A DNA stretch of 64,000 nucleotides. Origin: an uncultured SAR86 cluster bacterium. Lineage in GTDB: Bacteria; Pseudomonadota; Gammaproteobacteria; Magnimaribacterales; D2472. Made by a program: the position numbers and the translations under genes. Under the pieces are notes generated by a model. It was not told where the DNA came from. It made no database searches and saw only the letters and a program-made list of their open reading frames with translations. The DNA is taken from contig CACKRJ010000003.1 in assembly GCA_902602595.1 (NCBI GenBank), forward strand, positions 68,062-132,061, written 5' to 3'. Of the stretch, positions 16,669 to 25,994 are shown piece by piece; the first letter of the stretch is position 1; each line of letters starts with the position of its first letter.

Positions 16669-17600
16669 GATTGAATTATTCCTAAGTTATCTTCCCATCC
16701 AAAGGCAGAGTTTAAGTTTTGAACGGTCTGAGTTGCTGCGCCTTTAAGAAGGTTATCAAGTGCACAACAAAAAGTCAGCCTCTTAATTTCTTGATCTACA
16801 GCAAAGCCACCCATTATTACATTAGAAGTGTTTTGAACATCTTGCAGCTTTGGAAGCTCTTGCTGAATGCAAATTAACTGCTTTGAATCGTAATACTCGA
16901 CAAATAAGTTATATATTTGGTCAGATGACATTGGCTCTGAAAGAATAAAATTACCAGTCATCATGATTCCTCTAAAAAAATTACCAACATGGGGTGTAAA
17001 TAGTATTTTTGGATAACTATGAGCTTTTACTTCTTTCTCATGAAGATGCGAGACTAGTGAATATGGAAGAACGCTATCTTTAAGAGCCTCGTTATCATTT
17101 CTAGCGTTTGGAGAAGCTCCTGCACCACTATATCCAGAGATCCCATATAAATTCGCTGGACCAACTAAAATATTCTTTAAAGGAGCAAGCATAAATTGCA
17201 TTGCAGAAGCATAACATCCAGGATTGCTAATTTTACTTGATTGAAGCTTTTCACTTAGCTCAGGAACTCTGTATTCCCATGCATCATCAAAACGATGGTC
17301 TGAACTCAGATCAATAATAATAGCTTTAGGATTGTGCCGATGAATCAGATCAATGTAATCTTCAGATTCATTATTAGGCAATGCCAATATAAAAGCATCC
17401 TCATCAGACAAATTAATTTTAGCTAAGTTTAAGTCTTTATATAACAAGTCAATGCCAGTATTAAGATGCACAGGCTGACCTGCTTTAGATGAAGAAAAAA
17501 CTGAAGTAATATTTAAATGCTTGTGGTTAGCCAGCAGTTCTACAATTTCTTGACCTACGTACCCTCGCCCACCTAATAAACCTATTTTTTTAGCATCCAT
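16665..17600 (-). CDS. argC: N-acetyl-gamma-glutamyl-phosphate reductase (short, type-2 form)
   Basis: N-terminal NAD motif IGLLGGRGYVGQE and active-site Cys in NPGCYASA. It is about 311 aa and sits between argA/B and argH. Confidence 0.9.
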   Translation of the reverse strand: MDAKKIGLLGGRGYVGQEIVELLANHKHLNITSVFSSSKAGQPVHLNTGIDLLYKDLNLAKINLSDEDAFILALPNNESEDYIDLIHRHNPKAIIIDLSSDHRFDDAWEYRVPELSEKLQSSKISNPGCYASAMQFMLAPLKNILVGPANLYGISGYSGAGASPNARNDNEALKDSVLPYSLVSHLHEKEVKAHSYPKILFTPHVGNFFRGIMMTGNFILSEPMSSDQIYNLFVEYYDSKQLICIQQELPKLQDVQNTSNVIMGGFAVDQEIKRLTFCCALDNLLKGAATQTVQNLNSAFGWEDNLGIIQS

Positions 17601-18911
17601 TTAAATCACACTTTTTGGTTTATTAATAGCATACTCAATACAATCTTTTAGAGCGCCATAATCAGATATACCAATCCAAAAAATATGCCACTCATCTTGT
17701 TTTTGGCAACCCTCACAAATTGATGTGTAAAAATTATTTATAGGGTTATTTGGGCGTGAACGCCAAAAAACCTGGGGATAAACTTTGCGCATTTCATGCC
17801 AGATCCCTGCTCCCAAGCCCTCGCCTTTTGCTTCGGGAATTACGCCAAACTTATCCATATACGGAACACTAAAGTCATTTGAAATGGCTATCGTAGCTCG
17901 TTTACATGAAGTCATGAAAATATTTAAACTATCGGGATCATCAAAAAAACTATCTACTAAATTACCACTGAATGATGCCTCTATAATTTTTTTAAAATGT
18001 TCTTGTGTCTCTTGATCTGGGATTTTATGTTGAGCAACACTATAGCCATGTTTTATGAGGGTGCCGGATCCAGAATCTGTAAATAGCTCTTTTGGAAGAT
18101 TAATTGGCTCAGTGATGGAAACAGAAGCTGTCCTAGGAAGATAATCTAACAAAGATTTAATTTGTTGAAGTTTCAACTTCATACCAGAATGTAGCCATTT
18201 CTCTTGCATTAGCTCTTCATACTCAAGTGCCAAATTAATGTTAGGAATCAATTGACCAGTCTTATTAAAAATTCCTCCGATCTCTGATAAAAAAATAGCT
18301 TTATAAGGATTAATAGCTTTAACCAATTCAACAGTGGCAATATCAGCATTTATATTTAACATTTCACCGTTTTGAATTCCCATAGGAGCAATTACTGGTA
18401 TGTAATCTGATTCCAATACATCATTTACAAGGTCAATATTAACGGATTGAATTGACCCAACATAACCTAAATCGGGATCATCTAGAGTGCATTGAAATAC
18501 ATTAGATACAAGGCCTTTTGCATATGCTCCTTGAGCTTCCAATGCTCTTACAATCTTCTGATTAGTTTCCTCAAAGACTTCATGGGCAACATCTCTGACC
18601 TTTGATGAGGTAACTCTCTGCCCATTGATGAATGAAAAATCAATTTTCCTATCCTCGAGAGCTTTAGAGAGCATTGGACCTGCTCCATGCAGTATTACTG
18701 GCTTAAGACCAACTTGATTTAAAAAAACTAGCGACGAGATAAGATTCTCAAGGTCATTCTCAATTACAGACCCACCTACCTTGATAACTGCAAAGCGTTG
18801 CTCAGGAGAGGAGAATTTTTCAATGTACTTATTTATTTCTTTCTCAGAGCCTATAGCCCCCAGAAGCTTTAAAATGGTATTTTTTATAAACTGATTGGAT
18901 GAATTAGTCAT
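17601..18911 (-). CDS. argB: Bifunctional N-acetylglutamate synthase/kinase (ArgB kinase domain fused to a vertebrate-like NAGS acetyltransferase domain)
   Basis: The N-terminal amino-acid-kinase domain reads FAVIKVGGSVI...VILHGAGP...NINAD. The C-terminal ~150 aa read YMDKFGVIPEAKGEGLGAGIWHEMRKVYPQVFWRSRPNNPINNFY...WHIFWIG. This is the NAT domain pattern of Xanthomonas/mammalian-type NAGS. Confidence 0.85.
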   Translation of the reverse strand: MTNSSNQFIKNTILKLLGAIGSEKEINKYIEKFSSPEQRFAVIKVGGSVIENDLENLISSLVFLNQVGLKPVILHGAGPMLSKALEDRKIDFSFINGQRVTSSKVRDVAHEVFEETNQKIVRALEAQGAYAKGLVSNVFQCTLDDPDLGYVGSIQSVNIDLVNDVLESDYIPVIAPMGIQNGEMLNINADIATVELVKAINPYKAIFLSEIGGIFNKTGQLIPNINLALEYEELMQEKWLHSGMKLKLQQIKSLLDYLPRTASVSITEPINLPKELFTDSGSGTLIKHGYSVAQHKIPDQETQEHFKKIIEASFSGNLVDSFFDDPDSLNIFMTSCKRATIAISNDFSVPYMDKFGVIPEAKGEGLGAGIWHEMRKVYPQVFWRSRPNNPINNFYTSICEGCQKQDEWHIFWIGISDYGALKDCIEYAINKPKSVI

Positions 18912-19975
18912 TGAATTATTTGTTTAAAATCAATCAACGCTTGATTTAGCTCCTCAATAGCTACTGACTCATTAGGTTGATGAGCATTAGCAATATCACC
19001 TGGACCGTAAACTATGGCTCGGTATCCAGCCTCACTAAATAACGATGCCTCAGTCCAGAAATTTACTGGTGCAGACAAATTTAATCCTAATTCATCAGCA
19101 AATGATTCTAATTCTTCGATATTGCCTGATGCAGGTAATGCTGGTGCAATAAATCCAGATGTAAATTTTGAATTGTTTTCGATTGATTCAGTACTAAATT
19201 CTTTCAACAAATCATCAAAAGATTGACCAGGCAAAGGTCTCATACCAAATTTAACTTGAGCATGATCAGCGATGATATTGGGTTTGATTCCTCCTTGAAC
19301 TAATCCTAAGTTAAAAGCAATACCTTGCAGATCCTGAAATGAAGTTCTATTGTATGATTCAGCAACTTTCAATGCCGCATCTGACCAGCGTGTTAATTTA
19401 TGAATCGCATTATCATTCAAGGCTCTTTGTTCAGAACTATGACCAGCAAGACCAAAAAATTCCTGGGTGCCAGTAAGAATGCCTCTATGGCATGTTACCG
19501 CCATATTTTGAGTAGGCTCTGCAACAATAACACCTTCAAACACCGGTTTTGTTTTTATAAATTCTTTAACACAAGTACTTTGACCAGCCTCTTCATCAGT
19601 AGAAAATAAGATTGCATAGTCACTCAACCCTCTCTCTAACAAAGTTAACAAGCACGCTGCTGCTCCTTTGATGTCACAAGCGCCAAGCCCAATAGCTTTC
19701 TCGTTCTCAATGATTAAATTATGAGGATCAGATTTCCAAGCATCTCCAGCTGGAACTGTATCTAAATGAACATTTATCAAGTATTTTGGTGAGCCCTTAG
19801 CAAGAAGAATATTAAAAGAACCCTCTCCTAAATCTGTGACTTGAGGATCAACAAAATCCAAAGAGCTTAAATAGTTTATCAGCCCTGATTGCTTTATCTT
19901 TCTAGGAGGATTTGATGTGTCACATTCAACTAGAGCTTTCAAATGCTTTAAAGTCAGCTCTATGTCCGTATTCAT
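18908..19975 (-). CDS. argE: M20-family deacetylase (acetylornithine / acetylcitrulline deacetylase)
   Basis: M20 motifs VHLDTVP, GACDIKG and STDEEAG. It overlaps both neighbours by 4 nt inside the arg cluster. Confidence 0.8.
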   Translation of the reverse strand: MNTDIELTLKHLKALVECDTSNPPRKIKQSGLINYLSSLDFVDPQVTDLGEGSFNILLAKGSPKYLINVHLDTVPAGDAWKSDPHNLIIENEKAIGLGACDIKGAAACLLTLLERGLSDYAILFSTDEEAGQSTCVKEFIKTKPVFEGVIVAEPTQNMAVTCHRGILTGTQEFFGLAGHSSEQRALNDNAIHKLTRWSDAALKVAESYNRTSFQDLQGIAFNLGLVQGGIKPNIIADHAQVKFGMRPLPGQSFDDLLKEFSTESIENNSKFTSGFIAPALPASGNIEELESFADELGLNLSAPVNFWTEASLFSEAGYRAIVYGPGDIANAHQPNESVAIEELNQALIDFKQIIQ

Positions 19976-21168
19976 TTTTTCTTATGGATGGAAGACCAAG
20001 TTGATGTACTTTGACCTATTAGCTTAATAAATCCTTTTGATTCTGCTTCTGACCATGTTGCAGACTGAGCATAAGAGCCCTCTGAACTCTTAAGAATATT
20101 TTTTGATTTTACAGCAACTGCATCAACGCGCCCAGGAGTAAGTTTCAAGGTAATCTCTCCAGAAACAGTTTTTTGAGAATCGAGTAAAAATGCCTCTAGA
20201 TTTTCTCTTAATGGCTCAAAATAAAATCCCCTATAAACAAGATTAACCCATTCTTGACCAACTTGAGTCTTCACAAAATTTTGTTTATCAGTCAAGACAG
20301 CTTCCTCTAAAGCTCTGTGTGCTGTCATCAAGATTGCAATACCGGGAGCTTCAAAGACAAATCTACCCTTAAGCCCAATAATCGTATCGCTTGTAAAAAC
20401 TGAGCGCCCTATGCCGAAAGAACCTCCAAGAATATTTAGAGTTCTTAGAATATCTGCGCCCTGCATTTTTTTATTATTAATAGCAACAACTTTTCCTTTC
20501 AAGAATTTTATTGTTAGTGTTTTTGGTTTTTTAGGGTATTGATAAGGCAATTTACAAAGCACAAAACTTTCGTTTGATGGTTCTTCCCATTCATCAATTT
20601 CACTACCTGAGATCGTTGCTCCCATGAGATTTTCATTTATGCTGTATTTTTTATGCAATGAAGAGACCTTAAATCCTTTATCTTGCAAATAATTCTCTTC
20701 ATATGCTCTAACATTCTTCGTAATATTTTGAATCTCTCTGATTGGGGTAATGATGTTGTAATTTCCATGAGCTCTAATAGAAAGATCAAATCTAATCTGA
20801 TCATTTCCCATGCCCGTACACCCATGAGCAATATCTTTGGTTTTTAATTTTTTACATAATTTAATTGATTCTTTGACGATCAAATACCTATCAGAACAAA
20901 GTGCGGGATATTTATTTTGATAAAGAGCTCCAGATTGAATCAATGGGACTAAAATCTCAGACCATAAACTTTTTTCAACATTGATGTTGATATGTTTTTT
21001 TGCGCCCAATTCATTGGCTCTTTTTGTAATTGCGCTCTCTTCTTTTGAGGAAATACCACCGGTGTTTACAAACAAAGTATGAACCTCATAACCTTGATCA
21101 ATTAAATATGGGATGCAGAAGCTTGTGTCAAGACCACCAGAAAATGCTAATACTACTTTTTTATTCAT
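19972..21168 (-). CDS. argG: Argininosuccinate synthase
   Basis: N-terminal ATP-PPase motif VVLAFSGGLDTS. Further matches are HGCTGMGNDQIRF and about 400 aa of length. Confidence 0.95.
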   Translation of the reverse strand: MNKKVVLAFSGGLDTSFCIPYLIDQGYEVHTLFVNTGGISSKEESAITKRANELGAKKHININVEKSLWSEILVPLIQSGALYQNKYPALCSDRYLIVKESIKLCKKLKTKDIAHGCTGMGNDQIRFDLSIRAHGNYNIITPIREIQNITKNVRAYEENYLQDKGFKVSSLHKKYSINENLMGATISGSEIDEWEEPSNESFVLCKLPYQYPKKPKTLTIKFLKGKVVAINNKKMQGADILRTLNILGGSFGIGRSVFTSDTIIGLKGRFVFEAPGIAILMTAHRALEEAVLTDKQNFVKTQVGQEWVNLVYRGFYFEPLRENLEAFLLDSQKTVSGEITLKLTPGRVDAVAVKSKNILKSSEGSYAQSATWSEAESKGFIKLIGQSTSTWSSIHKKK

Positions 21169-21177
21169 AATTAATGC

Positions 21178-22179
21178 CTATAAAATTTTACTAAGCATGG
21201 ATTTTTGAACATGCTTTCTATTCGCCGCTTCTTTAACCGCTATACAATAGTCAGCATCCATGACCCCATCAGTTGCTTTCACATTTCTCCTTAAAGGAAG
21301 GCAGTGACTAAAAACAGCATTGTTTGTTCGCTCCATTTTTGATTCATCGACAATAAAGTGCTTGTATTGATTATTATTAGCTATCTGATCATCTATTTTT
21401 CCATAGTGATTGAGACAACCCCAACTTTTTGCATAGACAATGTCTACATTTAAATAAGCGCTATCAATATCATAGGACACTTCAAATGAAGCTCCTTCTA
21501 ATTCACAATTCTTTTGAGCAGCTTTAAGGTATCTATCATCTAGATGATAATCTTCAGAGGGACATAATAATTTAACATTCATACCAAACTTGCTAGCTAT
21601 CAAGAGACTAGAATTCGCAACCGCGGTATTTAAAGGCTTGGGGTGATACGTCCAAGTTAACAGATAATCTTTGCCCTGGAGGTCGCCATAATGTTCTTGC
21701 AAAGTTAAGATATGGGCAAGTTCTTGGCATGGATGCTCAATTGTCTCCATGTTCACCACTGGCACAGAAGCATATTTTGCAAAGCTATTAATAACTGAAT
21801 CTGTTCTATCGTGATCCCAGTCTATAAACTGAGGAAACGCTCTAATCGCAATGCAATCACAATAAGATGATAGAACTTGAGCAACTTCTTTCACATGCTC
21901 TTCTGAGTTTCCATCCATAATAATATTTTCTTCAAATTCAATTGGCCATGCGTCTTTACCTGGCTGCAAGATTACTGCTGTACCCGAAAGCTCACTAATT
22001 CCAACTTCAAAGCTAGTTTTAGTTCTGAGCGAAGGGTTAAAAAATAACATTGCAATTGACTTATTTTTTAAAAGAGGTTGATGTGGTTTACTTTTAAGCT
22101 CAATAGCAAAATCAACAATATCCTGAAGCTCTGAACGAGACCAATTTTGCGTAGTAATAAAATTTTTCATGCTAGACAT
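21178..22179 (-). CDS. argF: N-acetylornithine carbamoyltransferase-type transcarbamylase (argF-prime; AOTCase/SOTCase group)
   Basis: The carbamoyl-phosphate motif is FFNPSLRTKTSFE rather than the OTCase STRTR. Other matches are HPCQELAH and HCLPLRRNVKATD. The canonical OTCase DxxxSMG ornithine loop is absent. The sequence closely resembles the Xanthomonas AOTCase as I recall it (QPGKDAWPIEF...TWTYHPKPLNTAVANS). Confidence 0.8.
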   Translation of the reverse strand: MSSMKNFITTQNWSRSELQDIVDFAIELKSKPHQPLLKNKSIAMLFFNPSLRTKTSFEVGISELSGTAVILQPGKDAWPIEFEENIIMDGNSEEHVKEVAQVLSSYCDCIAIRAFPQFIDWDHDRTDSVINSFAKYASVPVVNMETIEHPCQELAHILTLQEHYGDLQGKDYLLTWTYHPKPLNTAVANSSLLIASKFGMNVKLLCPSEDYHLDDRYLKAAQKNCELEGASFEVSYDIDSAYLNVDIVYAKSWGCLNHYGKIDDQIANNNQYKHFIVDESKMERTNNAVFSHCLPLRRNVKATDGVMDADYCIAVKEAANRKHVQKSMLSKIL

Positions 22180-22205
22180 TGAAGTTACACCATTGCTGGT
22201 GATTG

Positions 22206-22595
22206 TTAAAGCGATCTAAGTCTTTGTGTTGGAATTGAAGATTTAGTATCTACAATTTCATTCGATTCGTTGAAATAAACTAACGTAGGAGCATGATTAG
22301 AGATTTGATTTTCAGACATTGATGCGTATGAACAAATTATAATTATATCTTTAGGTGACGCTTTATGAGCAGCCGCACCATTAATTGAAACTGTTTTTGA
22401 ACCAGCTTCAGCAGCAATTAAATATGTTGAGAAACGTTCTCCATTGGTAACGTTGTATATTTCAACTTTTTCATATTCAGTCATCTTGGCTGCTTTCATG
22501 AAGTCTGTATCTAAGGCGCACGAACCTTCGTAATCAATCTCAACCTGAGTTACGTGGAGACGATGCAGCTTTGAATTTAGTAACACTCTTTTCAT
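22206..22595 (-). CDS. panD: Aspartate 1-decarboxylase proenzyme
   Basis: MKRVLLNSKLHRLHVTQVEIDYEGSCALD matches the PanD N-terminus, including the Gly-Ser self-cleavage site. The track start at 22613 is a TTG. The ATG at 22595 fits PanD length. Confidence 0.9.
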   Translation of the reverse strand: MKRVLLNSKLHRLHVTQVEIDYEGSCALDTDFMKAAKMTEYEKVEIYNVTNGERFSTYLIAAEAGSKTVSINGAAAHKASPKDIIIICSYASMSENQISNHAPTLVYFNESNEIVDTKSSIPTQRLRSL

Positions 22596-22635
22596 AGGTT
22601 GAGAAGTATGCAAGAAAAACGCCTAAAATCCAATA

Positions 22636-23451
22636 TTATTGAATAATAAAATTGTCTATCAGCCTTACATTTCCAAGCTTTGCAGCGATAGCTACTAAAG
22701 TATTTGGTTCAAACTTAAATAACTCTTCAAGGGTAGTAGAATTACAAAATAAAAAATAATCTACGTTAAAATTTAACTTTTCCAATCTCTCAATACCTTC
22801 TATTTTTAAATCTGCTAAGTTTTCATACTTAGATCTTTTTGCAATTTCTTTTAGGATAACTGGTAGATGTTTTGCATTTATCCTTTGCTGAGAAGACATC
22901 AAGTTATTTCTTGAAGACATTGCTAATCCATCCTCCTCTCTTTGAGTTGGAACCCCATGAATGTCTATGTTGAGATTTGAATTAATCAAAAAATCTTTAA
23001 CTATCAAATATTGTTGATAATCTTTAAGTCCAAAAAATACATTAGTAGGCCTAACCAATTGAAATAAATAATTAAGAATTGTAATCACTCCATCAAAAAA
23101 ATGCGGTCTTGAGATTCCGCAAAGTTTTTTTGAAAGCGCTGAATTCGCACTTAATTTAATCGCATTTTTTGCAAAATCAGGAGCTGGGCAAAAAACTGCA
23201 TCGCATGAAATTGCTTCAAGATGCATTAGATCTTGATCCAGCGTCCTTGGATAAACATCCAGATCTTCATTAGGGCCAAATTGAAGAGGGTTAACGTAAA
23301 TAGAAGCTAAGGTAACTCCATCAAACTTATTAGCCTCGGTCACTAATTTAAGGTGGCCATAATGAAGATTACCCATCGTTGGGACAAAATTTATCTCTCC
23401 ACTAGAGTTAAGGAATTTATCTAAATCATTCAGTGAATTAAGAACTTTCAA
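22636..23451 (-). CDS. panC: Pantoate--beta-alanine ligase
   Basis: FVPTMGNLHYGHLKLV (HxGH motif) and about 271 aa. It lies between panB and panD. Confidence 0.95.
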   Translation of the reverse strand: MKVLNSLNDLDKFLNSSGEINFVPTMGNLHYGHLKLVTEANKFDGVTLASIYVNPLQFGPNEDLDVYPRTLDQDLMHLEAISCDAVFCPAPDFAKNAIKLSANSALSKKLCGISRPHFFDGVITILNYLFQLVRPTNVFFGLKDYQQYLIVKDFLINSNLNIDIHGVPTQREEDGLAMSSRNNLMSSQQRINAKHLPVILKEIAKRSKYENLADLKIEGIERLEKLNFNVDYFLFCNSTTLEELFKFEPNTLVAIAAKLGNVRLIDNFIIQ

Positions 23452-23453
23452 GT

Positions 23454-24269
23454 TTAAAAAAAAGTATGTTCTTCTGCTGGAAATTGCTTTTCTTTGACTG
23501 CTTTAACATAAGCTTTTACAGAGCTTTGAATAGAATCATTTTCAGCAAGAAAGTTTTTAACAAATTTTGGTGATTTCTCTAAGCACGAAATTCCTAGCAA
23601 ATCATGTATTACCATGACCTGAGCATCTGTAGAAACTCCAGCACCTATTCCAATAACTGGAATTGATAAAGATTGAGTAATTTCCTTGGCTAAATCTGAT
23701 GGGACGCACTCTAACAACAAAAGTGATGCTCCAGCAGACTCTAAAGCCTTTGCCTCAGAGATCATCTCATCCCTCTTATCTGTATCTCTACCCTGAACAA
23801 AATATCCACCAATTCTATTAATAGATTGAGGTGTGAGACCCATGTGAGCGCAAACTGGTATTCCTCTTTCAGCTAATGTGTTGGTTAAATCGCAAATCCA
23901 ATGGCCCCCTTCAAGCTTGATAGAGTGAGCTCCATTCTGCATCAAAATGCCCGCATTTAATAAAGCAGCATCTTTGGTTGCATAGCTCATAAAAGGCATG
24001 TCTGCCATCAGATGGGAGTTCACATTTCCTCTAGAAACGTTTCTTAAATGGTAGATCAAGTCATCCATGGTTACTGGAAGTGTACTTTCATGGCCCTGGA
24101 TAACCATTCCCAAGCTATCACCAACTAAAATAATCTCAACACCAGCCTGGCTGATGATATTTGCAAGAGTCGATTCATAAGCGGTTAAACATGTAAATTT
24201 TTCTCCCTTTGCCTTTAAGTTTTGCAAAGTATTGATAGTTACCAATGATTGAGATTGATGGGCTGACAT
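23454..24269 (-). CDS. panB: 3-methyl-2-oxobutanoate hydroxymethyltransferase
   Basis: LTAYESTLANI...ILVGDSLGMV...IKLEGG...VCAHMGLTPQS is the typical PanB pattern. Confidence 0.95.
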   Translation of the reverse strand: MSAHQSQSLVTINTLQNLKAKGEKFTCLTAYESTLANIISQAGVEIILVGDSLGMVIQGHESTLPVTMDDLIYHLRNVSRGNVNSHLMADMPFMSYATKDAALLNAGILMQNGAHSIKLEGGHWICDLTNTLAERGIPVCAHMGLTPQSINRIGGYFVQGRDTDKRDEMISEAKALESAGASLLLLECVPSDLAKEITQSLSIPVIGIGAGVSTDAQVMVIHDLLGISCLEKSPKFVKNFLAENDSIQSSVKAYVKAVKEKQFPAEEHTFF

Positions 24270-24271
24270 AA

Positions 24272-25474
24272 TTAGTGAAGTGATTGATTTTCTTTGCTCA
24301 GCAAATTAACCAATTGGATAGCTAGAAGATTTTTTGATGCTTTATGAAAAAATTGATGTGAATTATCTGTAAAAACACTAACTTCATTATAATCAGAATC
24401 AAATCCAATATCTGACTTAGAGACATCGTTAGCAACAATAAAGTCTAAGCCTTTCTTGATTAATTTTGATTTTGCATGCTCTTCAACTCTTTCAGTTTCT
24501 GCGCAGAAGCCCATAAATCTTTTATCAGGAAACTCTCTAGCTAACGATGAAATAATATCAATGTTTTTTTGCAACTCTATATTTAGTCGATCTTCATCTG
24601 TCTTTTTAATTTTTTGTATATTTGCATGCACTGGTTTGAAATCAGCAACTGCAGCGCAGCCTATAAAAATATCAGCGTCAGACATTGATGATTGAGCTTC
24701 TCTGTACATCTCATCCGCTGTTTGAACATCCAGTCTTTGTATTTGCGGTGAGCAAGAAAGAGAAACAGGTCCAGTAATTAAAATTACTTCAGCGCCAGAT
24801 ATTGCAGCCGCTTCAGCCATTGCGAATCCCATTTTTCCTGAACTATTATTTGAAATAAACCTTACTGGATCAATTTGCTCACGAGTGGGGCCAGCCGTAA
24901 CGATTATCTTTTTTCCTATCAAAGATTTATTTTGAGTTAACATGATCGTCTCATATATTTCCTCAGGCTCAGACATTCTTCCATAGCCATTATCACCACA
25001 TGCTTGTTCTCCTTTAGATGGGCCAACAATATCCATGCCAATAGATGATAGATATTCTATATTTTGTTGAGTCGTTTGATTTGACCACATATTCATGTTC
25101 ATTGCTGGAGCTATAAATTTTTGAGCTTCAGAGGCTAAGAAAATAGCACCAAGGAGGTCATCAGCTCTTCCTTGAGTTAGTCGAGAAATAGTTTCAGCAC
25201 TACAGGGCGCAATCACAATTAAATCAGCCCATTTAGCTAACTCAATGTGGCCCATAGCCCTCTCAGCTTCGGTATCAAGAAGATTTTCATGCACCTGATG
25301 ACCGCTAATAGCTTGCAAAGTAAGGGGTGTTATAAATTCTTTTGATGCCTCCGTCATAACTACCCGAACATCAAAATTATTTTTTATAAATAAACGAGCA
25401 AGATCAACAGATTTATATGCAGCTATGCTGCCTGTAATGCAAAGCAATAAATTTGATTTTTTTTTATCTAACAT
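24272..25474 (-). CDS. coaBC: Bifunctional phosphopantothenoylcysteine decarboxylase / phosphopantothenate--cysteine ligase
   Basis: The N-terminal flavoprotein domain reads LLCITGSIAAYKSVDLARL and PAMNMNMW. The C-terminal ligase domain reads TAGPTREQIDPVRFISNNSSGKMG and AAVADF. Confidence 0.95.
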   Translation of the reverse strand: MLDKKKSNLLLCITGSIAAYKSVDLARLFIKNNFDVRVVMTEASKEFITPLTLQAISGHQVHENLLDTEAERAMGHIELAKWADLIVIAPCSAETISRLTQGRADDLLGAIFLASEAQKFIAPAMNMNMWSNQTTQQNIEYLSSIGMDIVGPSKGEQACGDNGYGRMSEPEEIYETIMLTQNKSLIGKKIIVTAGPTREQIDPVRFISNNSSGKMGFAMAEAAAISGAEVILITGPVSLSCSPQIQRLDVQTADEMYREAQSSMSDADIFIGCAAVADFKPVHANIQKIKKTDEDRLNIELQKNIDIISSLAREFPDKRFMGFCAETERVEEHAKSKLIKKGLDFIVANDVSKSDIGFDSDYNEVSVFTDNSHQFFHKASKNLLAIQLVNLLSKENQSLH

Positions 25475-25570
25475 AATATTTAAGCTGGTTTTCAGCTGTG
25501 ATATTACAGATAAAATTGAATAAAAACAAAAAGGAAATAAAAATTCCCTTTTATAAATTAAGACAATATT

Positions 25571-25843
25571 TTACTTTGTACCAGAAACAAAGCCTTTTTT
25601 TGACTTAATGGTTCGTATTGTTTTATATAAAGTGCATTTTTGTGACTTTGATTCAAATGTAAATCCTTCAACACTGTTCTTTGCAAGAGCAATTTTTGAA
25701 CAACCCTCGACTGAAGAATATTTCTTTGCTGTTTTTACAGCAAATATTTTGCCTTGAATTGCATAGCCATCCTGAATCGCTATTTGTGCACTCGTCATTG
25801 AGGATAATGTAATTACTGATAATCCTAGTAATAATTTCTTCAT
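25571..25843 (-). CDS. Small secreted hypothetical protein (possible PAN/Apple-like two-Cys domain)
   Basis: Signal peptide MKKLLLGLSVITLSSMTSA. The mature 70 aa carry EGCSKIA...GFTFESKSQKCTLYK. GGAG Shine-Dalgarno upstream. Confidence 0.5.
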   Translation of the reverse strand: MKKLLLGLSVITLSSMTSAQIAIQDGYAIQGKIFAVKTAKKYSSVEGCSKIALAKNSVEGFTFESKSQKCTLYKTIRTIKSKKGFVSGTK

Positions 25844-25890
25844 TATAAATCTCCTTTATATTATGAATTTAATTTATACACATTCTTTAT

Positions 25891-25911
25891 AATGTTTACA
25901 GTGTAAACATT
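25891..25911. promoter_or_regulatory. Perfect 10-1-10 palindrome AATGTTTACA-G-TGTAAACATT (operator candidate)
   Basis: Read directly from the sequence. It lies in the divergent intergenic region, 48-68 nt upstream of the 25843 start and 84-104 nt upstream of the 25995 start. Confidence 0.45.
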
Positions 25912-25927
25912 TAATATTTATCATAGT

Positions 25928-25946
25928 ATGTTTGCAGCGCTAACAT
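25928..25946. promoter_or_regulatory. Related imperfect palindrome ATGTTTGCAGCGCTAACAT
   Basis: It shares the outer half-sites ATGTT...AACAT with the 25891-25911 palindrome. 7 of 9 arm positions are self-complementary. The centre-to-centre distance is 36 bp. Confidence 0.35.
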
Positions 25947-25994
25947 TGCAACAATTATGTAAATTTAATATCTTGTAATACATGTGCAATTACT

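Noticed and set aside
25891-25911. Interpretation of the TTTACA-G-TGTAAA palindrome as a TyrR box or a LexA/SOS box.
   Set aside because: The TyrR consensus is TGTAAA-N6-TTTACA, which has the opposite half-site order and different spacing. The gammaproteobacterial LexA box is CTGT-N8-ACAG. Neither fits, so the site is kept as an unassigned operator candidate.
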